Positions 36,279 to 45,392 of a stretch of 64,000 nt of DNA are shown piece after piece (position 1 is the first letter of the stretch; each line of letters starts with the position of its first letter). The DNA is from Dehalococcoidales bacterium (GTDB lineage Bacteria; Chloroflexota; Dehalococcoidia; Dehalococcoidales; RBG-16-60-22): assembly GCA_028712355.1 (NCBI GenBank), contig JAQTQH010000004.1, positions 9 to 64,008 of the forward strand. Reading direction: 5' to 3'. Below the pieces are notes generated by a model that was given only the letters and a program-made list of their open reading frames with translations, did no database searches and was not told the origin of the DNA. The position numbers and the translations under genes were made by a program.

Positions 36279-37166
36279 ATGGAAGCTATATTGAATATCA
36301 ATAAACCCGCCGGTATGACCTCCTATGCGGTGGTGGCAACAGTCAAACGCCTCAGCGGGGAAAAGCGGGTGGGGCATGCCGGCACGCTGGACCCGGATGC
36401 CACCGGTGTCCTGCCCCTCTGTACGGGGCAAGCCACCCGCATCGTTGAATTCCTCGCCGATGCCGCCAAGACCTATCATGCCGTGATCGAACTGGGTACC
36501 ACCACCGACACCTACGACGCCAGCGGCAAAGTGACCGGGAAAGGCGATGCCTCCGCCATCACTCGCGAGCTGTGCCAAATGGCTCTGGACTCCTTCGTTG
36601 GCACTATCGAACAGACACCGCCGATGTTCAGCGCACTCAAGCGCAACGGCAAGCCGCTGTATCAACTGGCGCGCGCCGGAATCACTGTTGAAAGAGCGAG
36701 CCGTAACGTGGAAATCTACCGACTCCGTCTTACCGGATGGCAGCTGCCGCTGGTCACCATCGAAGTAGAATGCAGCAAAGGCACCTATATCCGCTCGCTC
36801 GCCCACGATTTAGGGCAAAGACTGGGTTGCGGCGCCCATTTAAAGAATCTGGAACGCACCCGCTACGGCATTTTCGATATCGGGAACGCCATAACCCTGC
36901 CCGTTCTGGAAGAAGCCTGCCGCGGCGGCTACTGGCATGACTTTACCTATTCCATCGATTCCGTACTTCTTGAACTGCCGGCGATGGTGGTAGATTCGGC
37001 TACCGCACAAGCCATTAAAAGCGGCAAAGCTATCACTCCCGGTGAGGGCACTACTCCCACCCCGGAAAGTCTTTGCCGCGTTTACACGCTCGATGGTGAC
37101 TTCCTGGCGGTGCTTCGCTATGATGCAGAGAAGGCAACCTGGCAGCCGAAAAAGGTTTTCTGTTAG
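36279..37166 (+). CDS. truB: tRNA pseudouridine(55) synthase TruB
   Basis: ILNINKPAGMTS and HAGTLDPDATGVL contain the catalytic Asp motif. ATG 36279 is preferred over TTG 36270. Confidence 0.9.
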   Translation: MEAILNINKPAGMTSYAVVATVKRLSGEKRVGHAGTLDPDATGVLPLCTGQATRIVEFLADAAKTYHAVIELGTTTDTYDASGKVTGKGDASAITRELCQMALDSFVGTIEQTPPMFSALKRNGKPLYQLARAGITVERASRNVEIYRLRLTGWQLPLVTIEVECSKGTYIRSLAHDLGQRLGCGAHLKNLERTRYGIFDIGNAITLPVLEEACRGGYWHDFTYSIDSVLLELPAMVVDSATAQAIKSGKAITPGEGTTPTPESLCRVYTLDGDFLAVLRYDAEKATWQPKKVFC

Positions 37167-37447
37167 TTCATCACTAATCAGTCTCAGGGATTACAATATA
37201 ATATACCTGACCCACTTAATCTCTTGCTCAAAATTCGGCAGCTAATAGTAATCCTGAAATTAGACTAACGGAGCCTGGGGAAGGGTTTTAAGAGAAAGAG
37301 CGAAATCCCTTCTGCTTCTTTCACTTCTCCTTTCCAGCCAGCAGGAATTCGGAACCTTAGAAGTTCCGGATGGAAAGAGGCCATGGGATAGGCTGACAAG
37401 CCCCCCTCCCCCAGTCATCCAATTATCGGACAGAACACGCTCTGCGC

Positions 37448-37476
37448 TTGACAGCTAGCTCTCAATGGGGTATAGT
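37448..37476 (+). promoter_or_regulatory. Near-consensus sigma-70 promoter for the small zinc-ribbon gene / inositol cluster
   Basis: ttgaca (37448-37453), a 17-nt spacer, then tatagt (37471-37476). The RBS aaggagga follows at 37491-37498. Confidence 0.5.
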
Positions 37477-37502
37477 GCATCGGATGTCACAAGGAGGAAA
37501 AA

Positions 37503-37637
37503 GTGCAAGCATATTGCTTTAAGTGCCGTAACAAGAAAGAAATCAAGAGCCCGCAGAAAGTCACCCTGAAGAACGGCCGCCCCGCCACCCGCGGCGTCTG
37601 CCCCACCTGCGGAACTAAACTTTTTAGAATTGGATAA
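37503..37637 (+). CDS. Small zinc-ribbon protein (44 aa), DUF5679-like
   Basis: GTG start 5 nt after aaggagga. The translation is VQAYCFKCRNKKEIKSPQKVTLKNGRPATRGVCPTCGTKLFRIG, with CxxC...CxxC. It is below the ORF-track length cutoff. The family assignment is from memory. Confidence 0.7.
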   Translation: MQAYCFKCRNKKEIKSPQKVTLKNGRPATRGVCPTCGTKLFRIG

Positions 37638-37743
37638 ACCTGCCAATAAAGTAATAAAACTAATACAACTCTGCCGCCCGGCAGCTCAGGCAATATCCGC
37701 CGGGCAATCACAAAAAACTAATTTTACGAGGGAGCGTTAAATC

Positions 37744-38862
37744 ATGGGCAAGATAAACGTAGCTATTGTTGGAGTCGGCAACTGCTGTTCCGCGCTGGTC
37801 CAGGGCGTCCACTTTTACCGCAACGCTAAAGAAGATGAGTCCGTCCCGGGACTAATGCACGTCAACCTGGGCGGATACCACATCAGCGATATCAACTTCG
37901 TCGCCGCCTTCGATATTGATAAGAACAAGGTGGGTAAGGACCTCTCGCAGGCAATATTCACTTACCCGAACAACACCTACAAGTTCTGCGATGTACCCAA
38001 CCTCGGCGTCAAGGTCAACCGCGGCATGACGCATGACGGACTGGGCAAATACCTCTCTCAGATTATAGAAAAATCCCCCGGCCCCACCGCGGATATCGTC
38101 AAAATCCTCAAGGAAACCAAGACTGACGTCGTATTGAACTACCTGCCAGTCGGCAGCGAAGAAGCCACCAAGTGGTACATCGAGCAGATACTGGCAGCCG
38201 GCTGCGGCATGGTCAACTGTATCCCGGTCTTTATCGCCCGTGAGAAGTACTGGCAGAAACGCTTCGCCGACCGCGGGTTGCCGGTAATCGGCGATGATAT
38301 TAAATCCCAGGTAGGCGCCACCATCACCCACCGTATTCTCACCCGGCTTTTCCGCGACCGCGGCGTTAAGCTGGAGCGCACCTATCAGTTGAACGTCGGC
38401 GGCGATACTGATTTCCTCAACATGCTGGAGCGCGAGCGTCTTGAGTCCAAGAAAATATCCAAGACCAATGCGGTCACTTCACAGCTTGATTATCAAATCG
38501 ACCCCAGAAACATCCATGTCGGACCAAGCGATTATATTCCTTGGCTGGATAACCGCAAGTTCTGCTTTATCAAGATGGAAGGCACGACCTTCGGTAACGT
38601 ACCCCTCAATATGGAAGTTAAGATGGAAGTCTGGGACAGTCCCAACTCCGCCGGCGTCGTTATCGATGCCCTGCGCTGCATCAAGCTCGGCATGGACAAG
38701 GGCTTGAAAGGTGCCCTGGAAGGGCCAGCATCATACTTCATGAAGTCGCCGCCCGTCCAGTATTCCGATGACGAAGCACACCGCCTGACCGAGGAGTTTA
38801 TTAAAACCAACGCTCTGACGGCACCGAAAATCAGCCCGGCGAAGAAGGCTACCAACAAATAG
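37744..38862 (+). CDS. ino1: myo-Inositol-1-phosphate synthase
   Basis: It has the bacterial/archaeal MIPS layout, with [18 protein letters not shown] (NAD-binding), [11 protein letters not shown] and a NVGGDTD-type motif. Confidence 0.9.
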   Translation: MGKINVAIVGVGNCCSALVQGVHFYRNAKEDESVPGLMHVNLGGYHISDINFVAAFDIDKNKVGKDLSQAIFTYPNNTYKFCDVPNLGVKVNRGMTHDGLGKYLSQIIEKSPGPTADIVKILKETKTDVVLNYLPVGSEEATKWYIEQILAAGCGMVNCIPVFIAREKYWQKRFADRGLPVIGDDIKSQVGATITHRILTRLFRDRGVKLERTYQLNVGGDTDFLNMLERERLESKKISKTNAVTSQLDYQIDPRNIHVGPSDYIPWLDNRKFCFIKMEGTTFGNVPLNMEVKMEVWDSPNSAGVVIDALRCIKLGMDKGLKGALEGPASYFMKSPPVQYSDDEAHRLTEEFIKTNALTAPKISPAKKATNK

Positions 38863-38894
38863 ACTCCGGGGCACCCGGACAACGCTGATACCAG

Positions 38895-40052
38895 ATGAAA
38901 ATAGCGCTGGTTTCACCCTATGACTTTGCTTATCCCGGTGGCGTGGTGAACCATATTTCCTGTCTGGAGCATCACCTGACCCGGATGGGCCACGAAGTAA
39001 AGATTATTGCCCCGGCGTCACGCTCGGTGGTTGACTTCGGCGAGCGCTTTATCCCCGTCGGCAAACCACGCTCTCTCCCCGCCAGCGGCTCGGTGGCACG
39101 CATTACCATTTCCCCGTGGATTGCCACCAAGGTGAAGCAGATACTGGAGCGGGAACACTTTGATATTATACACCTGCATGAGCCGTTTATGCCGATGCTA
39201 TGCACAACCGTACTGCGCCTGACCGAGACCCCCGCCGTAGGGACGTTCCACGCCTCCGGCGGCAAGCCCTGGTATAATATCTGTACCCCCGTCGGCAAGT
39301 TTTTCCTGAAAAAATGGTACCGCAAACTCGATGCTAAAATCGCGGTTTCGCCGCCCGCCCTGGGCTATATCTCCAAGTATTTCCCCGGCGAATATACAAT
39401 TCTCCCCAACGGCATTGATACCAACCACTTCCACCCCGACGTCGCCCCCCTCGATGAGTTTAACGACGGCAAACTGAACATCCTCTTCGTCGGGCGGCTG
39501 GAAAAGCGCAAGGGCGTGGACTATCTGCTCGATGCCTACCGGATGTTGAAGCCGGATTTCCCCAACACCAGACTCATCATCGTTGGGCCGGGCGTCCGCT
39601 TGCGCCACAAGTATGAAAAACGGGTGGCAAAAAACCGCCTGACCGATGTCGTCTTCCGCGGTTATGTTTCTTTTGACGATTTGCCCCGCTATTATAAAAG
39701 CGCGACCGTGGTCTGCGCCCCGGCAACCGGCTGGGAGAGCTTCGGCATCGTCCTGCTGGAGGCGATGGCTACCAACAAGCCGCTGGTAGCCTCAAACATC
39801 GAGGGTTATGCCACCGTCGTCAGCGATGGTGAAGACGGGCTGCTGGTGCCTCCGCGCAATTCCGTAAAACTCGCGGAAGCCCTGCGCCGCGTCCTGACCG
39901 ACCCGGCATTACAGCAAAAGCTGGCGGCTCACGGCAGGGAAAAGGCGCTGCGCTACGATTGGAATAATATCACACACCGGCTGGTCGAGGTTTACCAGAA
40001 AGCGGTTTTACAGAAGTCCGCGACCCATAAAGACACCAGAATTCAAAAATAA
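38895..40052 (+). CDS. pimA: GT4 glycosyltransferase, PimA-like (phosphatidylinositol mannosyltransferase candidate)
   Basis: The N-terminus MKIALVSPYDFAYPGGVVNH..GHEV..IAPAS..GSVARI..HLHEP..GTFH parallels mycobacterial PimA as I recall it. The C-terminal GT-B E-x7-E region is present (ESFGIVLLEAMA). Confidence 0.7.
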   Translation: MKIALVSPYDFAYPGGVVNHISCLEHHLTRMGHEVKIIAPASRSVVDFGERFIPVGKPRSLPASGSVARITISPWIATKVKQILEREHFDIIHLHEPFMPMLCTTVLRLTETPAVGTFHASGGKPWYNICTPVGKFFLKKWYRKLDAKIAVSPPALGYISKYFPGEYTILPNGIDTNHFHPDVAPLDEFNDGKLNILFVGRLEKRKGVDYLLDAYRMLKPDFPNTRLIIVGPGVRLRHKYEKRVAKNRLTDVVFRGYVSFDDLPRYYKSATVVCAPATGWESFGIVLLEAMATNKPLVASNIEGYATVVSDGEDGLLVPPRNSVKLAEALRRVLTDPALQQKLAAHGREKALRYDWNNITHRLVEVYQKAVLQKSATHKDTRIQK

Positions 40053-40078
40053 AGAGAAAGTGGCAACTGAGATTAAAT

Positions 40079-40681
40079 ATGGCAAATAAAAACACCGATA
40101 TCCGGAAAAACCTGCAACAGTATTTCACGGAACCGATTGTACGGTTGCTGGCGCGTACTCCATTAACGCCCAATGCCGTTACCATCATCGGCTTTCTGGT
40201 GACGGTGCTGGCGGCCGTATATATTGCAACGGGGGAATTCTTCATCGGCGGAATTATTGTGCTGGCGGCGGGTTTCCTTGATATGCTGGATGGCGCTCTG
40301 GCACGTCTGACCAACCAGACCACCCGTTTCGGCGCCGTGCTGGACTCGACGCTGGACCGCCTTTCTGAAGCCGCCCTGATGCTGGGTATCCTGGTACCCT
40401 TCGCCAGTCAGGGCATGGTCGCGGAAAGCCTGCTGGTCGGTCTCACGCTGGTCGGCTCGCTGATGGTCAGCTATCTCCGCGCCCGCGCGGAAGGTATCGG
40501 TATCGATTGCAAGGTAGGGCTGTTCACCCGTGCCGAAAGGGTCATCGTGCTGGCGCTGGGACTGCTCCTGAGCCAGTTTGATTACGTCCTGGTCATCGCG
40601 CTGGTCATTATCGCCCTGTTCAGCTTTTTCACGGCGGGACAGCGGCTGTGGCACGCCTATCGACAGACCCGGAACACCTGA
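40079..40681 (+). CDS. CDP-alcohol phosphatidyltransferase (phosphatidylinositol-phosphate synthase candidate)
   Basis: The signature D-x2-DG-x2-AR-x8-G-x3-D-x3-D is present (LDMLDGALARLTNQTTRFGAVLDSTLDRLSE). About 6 TM segments. Confidence 0.85.
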   Translation: MANKNTDIRKNLQQYFTEPIVRLLARTPLTPNAVTIIGFLVTVLAAVYIATGEFFIGGIIVLAAGFLDMLDGALARLTNQTTRFGAVLDSTLDRLSEAALMLGILVPFASQGMVAESLLVGLTLVGSLMVSYLRARAEGIGIDCKVGLFTRAERVIVLALGLLLSQFDYVLVIALVIIALFSFFTAGQRLWHAYRQTRNT

Positions 40682-40764
40682 AATAAACGGGTTCCTGCGC
40701 CCAGTAAATTTAGAAGCAAAGTACTGGCGCGCGCAGTTGGGAGACTTAACTGACGGGAGGAAGT

Positions 40765-42054
40765 ATGCCGGTTATCGCAGTTATCGGGGCACAATGGGGT
40801 GATGAAGGAAAAGGCAAAATCGTGGATATGCTGGCGGAAAAGGTACAGATGGTGGTACGCTTTTCCGGCGGCGATAACGCCGGGCATACGGTCGTCAACC
40901 AGTACGGCGAATTCGGACTGCATCTTGTGCCATCGGGGATTTTCTCCACGCAAGCCACCTGTGTGATTGCCAACGGCGCCATCATTAAGCCGGATGTGTT
41001 GCTCAAGGAGATTGACCTGATTAGAAGTCGCGGCGTGGATACCTCGCGATTATTCATCAGCAACCGCACCCATGTTATCATGCCTTACCACATCCTGTTT
41101 GACGGTCTGGAAGAAGAGGTGCGGGGCGGTAAAGCAATCGGCACGACCCGTAAGGGTATCGGGCCGGCTTATGCCGATAAGATAGCGCGGATGGGCATCA
41201 GAGTAGGCGACCTGCTGGATAAAGACGGCTTACTGGAGCGTCTGCGCCCCGTCCTCGAATATAAGAACAATATCCTGACGAAAATATTTAATGTCAAGCC
41301 TCTTGCGCTGGATGAAGTCTATAACGAGTACATCAAGTATGGCGAGCGCCTGGCACCCTACGTGCGGGACACCGTGACCATGCTGGAAGCGGCGCTGGAC
41401 CGCAAGGAATGGGTACTGATGGAAGGCGCTCAGGGCACGATGCTCGACCCCGATTTCGGTACTTATCCCTACACCACATCATCTTCCCCGATGGCCGGCG
41501 GCGCCTGCACCGGCGCCGGTCTGGGCCCCAGCCGGATAACGCATGTACTGGGCATCTTCAAGGCATACTGCACCCGCGTCGGCGGCGGTCCTATGACCAC
41601 CGAACTAAAGGATGAAATGGGCAACGCTTTACGCGAACGCGGTCACGAATACGGCACGACCACAGGCCGTGCCCGGCGCTGCGGCTGGTTCGATGCGGTC
41701 GCCGCCCGCTACAGCACAATTATCAACGGCTTCACCACCGCTGCCATCACCCGCCTCGATGTACTGGACGGTCTACCGTCGCTCAAGATATGCACCGCTT
41801 ACCGGCTAAACGGCAAGACCATCCATGAGTTTCCCGCCAGCATCGCCGAGCTGGAAAAATGCCAGCCGATTTACGAGGAAGTACCCGGATGGCAGACCTC
41901 GACTAATGATGCCCGCCATTTTGAAGACCTGCCGGAGAATGCCCGCCGTTATGTCAAACGTCTGGAAGAAGTTATCGGCTGTCCGGCGAGCATAATTTCC
42001 GTGGGTATGCGCCGCGAGCAGACCATCCACAAGATAAATATATTGCCGCAGTAG
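40765..42054 (+). CDS. purA: Adenylosuccinate synthase
   Basis: VIGAQWGDEGKGKIVD, GTTRKGIGPAY and GTTTGRARRCGWFD motifs. Confidence 0.95.
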   Translation: MPVIAVIGAQWGDEGKGKIVDMLAEKVQMVVRFSGGDNAGHTVVNQYGEFGLHLVPSGIFSTQATCVIANGAIIKPDVLLKEIDLIRSRGVDTSRLFISNRTHVIMPYHILFDGLEEEVRGGKAIGTTRKGIGPAYADKIARMGIRVGDLLDKDGLLERLRPVLEYKNNILTKIFNVKPLALDEVYNEYIKYGERLAPYVRDTVTMLEAALDRKEWVLMEGAQGTMLDPDFGTYPYTTSSSPMAGGACTGAGLGPSRITHVLGIFKAYCTRVGGGPMTTELKDEMGNALRERGHEYGTTTGRARRCGWFDAVAARYSTIINGFTTAAITRLDVLDGLPSLKICTAYRLNGKTIHEFPASIAELEKCQPIYEEVPGWQTSTNDARHFEDLPENARRYVKRLEEVIGCPASIISVGMRREQTIHKINILPQ

Positions 42055-42153
42055 AACAACTGTCATTGCGAGACGGAAGTTCCTAACCCGACGTATTGTT
42101 GTACGGTTCGACTCTTGTTTTTCCATTCGGCATGAACTATAATCATCTGCAAA

Positions 42154-43526
42154 ATGAAGCCTCTATCTTACAGTGTTACGCTTCTCAGGCAGTGGGACCT
42201 CAGGCTTTTCTTTCTCATATTCTTGTACATGGCATTGCCTCAGTTTTACCGTTCTTACAGCGTGTACTTGATTGGGAACGTGATTCCAGATATTAATGCC
42301 TTAGCTACCGTTGCCCAATGGCAATTCATTGAGTTATTACTCGAGGTAGTACAGGAAACATTCGTCCTTGCTATATTCTTTTTCGTTGGCATGGGAATAC
42401 AAAATAAACAAGGGCCCGGCTACCCTATTAGAACATCAATCACCTTGATATTCTTCTTTTCTATCGTCCTCTCTGTAACACTTTTTCTTATATCCTCTCA
42501 TTTCGTTACAATTATTGGGACACCTGAAACTATACGAGAAACGACATCAACGTTCCTGAAGATAAAAACCGCCGGCATCCCAGTATTCTTATTAAGTGCT
42601 GCGTCTGTAGTTATTGTCGAGACCATAAATCGTAAGAGGATTATCTTTATCCTCGCGATAATGCAGGTGGTTTATCGCTTTATTCTGGATAGCCTCTTTT
42701 ATGGCGGGTATTCATTTTCTCTCGATATAGGAATATTGGGAGTTGCCTGGGCGGATGTGTTGTCCAGCCTATTATTATTAATTACAGCTTTGATACTCAT
42801 AAAACCTTTCGCCTTCGATAAGTTAAATAGCTTAAAGTCATTCTTCACACTAAAAGATTGGAGGACTTATCTCAGAGTAGGAATATGGTCGGGATTAGAT
42901 AGCCTAATCAGGAACGTCGCCTACTTTTTTATGATTGTCAGGCTGCTTAACCTATTGGGGGCGAATTCTATCGGTGGATATTATCTGACGATGCATATTT
43001 TCTGGAGTTTCCTGCTAGTGCCCATTCTTGCTATTTCTGAGAGCGCCAAAGTATTGATGCTAATAACTCAGCGAACATTAATAAGGTTAGATCCTTGTGG
43101 TATGCGTCTCTAATTGTTGGAGGGTTTATAACAATTCTCTGGCTAACATTTTTGCCGTTTTGGGGTCTTTTTGCAGGATTTCTAAACTCTAATCAAGAGA
43201 TTGTCAGCTTCTCAACAAAGGCTATGGGAATATTGATTTTCCCTTATATTCTATTCGCACTTAATACCATTACAGATAGCATCTTCTACGGTGTCGGGAA
43301 AACTCAATATCAGGCTTATCAGTCGATAATTACTAATGGAACAGTTTATGTTATTGCTTTTACAGCCTATTTAGCAGGGCTATGGTCACCAACATTCACG
43401 TCTATTTTGGCACTTTTCAGCATAGGGATTCTCGTCGATTCCTTGCTCACAGTTCGCTATGCAATTAAAGTACTATTTCCGAAAGAAAGGCGCGTAGAAA
43501 GATATAAAATTGTTGAGCTTACTTAA
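42154..43526 (+). pseudogene. MATE-family efflux transporter interrupted by a frameshift
   Basis: Two adjacent ORFs (42154..43113 and 43095..43526) total about 460 aa, all TM-rich. The reading frame changes around 43057-43065: ...SAKVLM in one frame continues as ANNSANINKVRSLWYASLIVGG in the other. The region is AT-rich. Confidence 0.65.
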
Positions 43527-43577
43527 CCGTCAGTATGGAGAGAAAGGGAATTTCATCCGCATCTCACATCAACCAAT

Positions 43578-43617
43578 AAAAACAGAGGGGGCAGAAAATT
43601 CTGCCCCCTCTGTTTTT
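43578..43617. terminator. Bidirectional rho-independent terminator between MATE (+) and dapA (-)
   Basis: Perfect palindrome aaaaacagagggggcagaa-aa-ttctgccccctctgttttt, with A/T tracts on both sides. Confidence 0.7.
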
Positions 43618-43631
43618 GAGTCTGCCTCGTC

Positions 43632-44525
43632 TTATTTTACCGGCAAATCAATGGTGAACTTCTTCAGGGTTTCCTTGATGAACGCCGCCGATTTTTCGTC
43701 CGGCTCCACCAGCGGCAGGCGCGGCTTGCCCACGCGGAAGCCAATCTGGTTCAACGCGTATTTCACCGGGCTGGGATTGGAGACGATGAACATCGCCTTG
43801 ACCATCAGCATAAGGCGGTGATGGATGGCGGCAGCTTCGGCGGTCTTGCCGCTGACGATGTAGTTAATCATATCTTTAATCTGTTTGCCGACCAGGTGAG
43901 AGATAACGCTGATGATGCCGTAGCCACCCATATTCATAATGGGGAAGGTATCGCCATCATTGCCGCTCCAGATTAAGAAACCTTTCTTCGCACCGGTGAT
44001 TACTTTGGACACGTGCTCCATGTTGGCGCTGGCTTCTTTCAGTCCGATGATATTATCAATCTGACTGAGCCTGATGATGGTCTCGGCGTCCAGGTTGGCG
44101 ACGGTGCGCGAGGGCACGTTATAGAGGATGCAGGGCAGCTTTGTGCTCTGGGCGATGGTCTTGAAATGCTGGTATAAGCCTTCCTGGGTAGGGCGATTGT
44201 AGTAGGGCACCACCAGCAGACAGGCATCGACACCGATTTTCTCGGCTTCCTGCGTCGCTTCTACCGCCTCGGCAGTGCTGTTGCTGCCGGTGCCGGCGAT
44301 GACTGAACCATTCTTGCCGACCGCCTTCTTGATTTCGGCAAAGAGCTTGAGCTCTTCTTCCCGGACCAGCGTCGGCGATTCGCCGGTCGTGCCGACGACT
44401 ACCAGCCCGTCGCTCCCCGAAGCGAGCAGCGCCAGTGCCAGCTTTTTCGCCTGCTCATAATCTACTGCGCCGCTTTCCGTAAATGGGGTCACCATGGCGG
44501 TTATCAATCGTCCCAGTTCTTTCAT
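43632..44525 (-). CDS. dapA: 4-hydroxy-tetrahydrodipicolinate synthase
   Basis: LITAMVTPF, VVGTTGESPTL, a YNVPSRT motif and the Schiff-base Lys region (IGLKEAS). Confidence 0.95.
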   Translation of the reverse strand: MKELGRLITAMVTPFTESGAVDYEQAKKLALALLASGSDGLVVVGTTGESPTLVREEELKLFAEIKKAVGKNGSVIAGTGSNSTAEAVEATQEAEKIGVDACLLVVPYYNRPTQEGLYQHFKTIAQSTKLPCILYNVPSRTVANLDAETIIRLSQIDNIIGLKEASANMEHVSKVITGAKKGFLIWSGNDGDTFPIMNMGGYGIISVISHLVGKQIKDMINYIVSGKTAEAAAIHHRLMLMVKAMFIVSNPSPVKYALNQIGFRVGKPRLPLVEPDEKSAAFIKETLKKFTIDLPVK

Positions 44526-44559
44526 TGTCTTTCTCCCGGCTCCAGCCTGTTTAATATGA

Positions 44560-45351
44560 TTATACCAGACCTAAAAGATTATCCAACCCGTAAATCAGAC
44601 CTTTACGCCTGGTCACCTCTTTGATTGCCATCAAAACGCCCGGCATATAGCATTCCCGGCTGATAGTATCGTGGCGGATGCTCAGGGTCTGCCCTGCAGC
44701 ACCGAAGAGCACTTCCTGGTGCGCCAGCAGTCCGGGCAGGCGTACGCTATGCAGAGCAATCCCTTCTACCGTCTGTCCGCGGCTTTCGAATTTTTCTTTG
44801 GCAGACGGCTGGATGAAAGGTTTGCCACGCGAGGATGCCATTGAACGGGCAGTCGTTAAAGCCGTGCCGGAAGGCGCGTCTGCCTTCTTGTCGTGGTGCA
44901 GCTCGATGATTTCCGCATAGTCCAGGTATTTCGCGGCGATTTTAGCCAGGTGCATCATCATGACCGCACCCAGCGCGAAGTTGGAAGCCAGCACAATGCC
45001 GATTTTATTCGCTGATGCTTCCCGCTCGATTTCCTTGATCTGGTCGGCGGTGATTCCAGTTGTACCGATTACCAGGTTCACCCTCTTTTCCCCGGCGAGG
45101 TGCACCAGCGGCATGACCGCCCTGGCATTGGAAAAGTCGACCACCACATCAGGATTCGTGGCAGAAATGATTCCCGCCAGGTCAGCAGCGAAGGGCACCG
45201 ACGAGCCATCAGCTAAAGTAAGAACACCACCAATGGGCTTGACATCAACCGCACCGACCAGCTTCGTGGCAAGGTCGGCAGTAACCGCCCTGATGACCTC
45301 CTGCCCCATTTTACCGGCAGCGCCGTGCACAACTACTTTGATTGGCTCCAT
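44560..45351 (-). CDS. dapB: 4-hydroxy-tetrahydrodipicolinate reductase
   Basis: IKVVVHGAAGKMG and ELHHDKKADAPSGTA motifs. Confidence 0.9.
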   Translation of the reverse strand: MEPIKVVVHGAAGKMGQEVIRAVTADLATKLVGAVDVKPIGGVLTLADGSSVPFAADLAGIISATNPDVVVDFSNARAVMPLVHLAGEKRVNLVIGTTGITADQIKEIEREASANKIGIVLASNFALGAVMMMHLAKIAAKYLDYAEIIELHHDKKADAPSGTALTTARSMASSRGKPFIQPSAKEKFESRGQTVEGIALHSVRLPGLLAHQEVLFGAAGQTLSIRHDTISRECYMPGVLMAIKEVTRRKGLIYGLDNLLGLV

Positions 45352-45392
45352 AGCAGCAGTTCCTTCAATTCAATATAAATGAATCTCAAGCG

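Noticed and set aside
42090-42110. ggttcgactc T-loop-like string after purA as a possible tRNA
   Set aside because: The flanking bases cannot form a T-stem, acceptor stem or anticodon arm.
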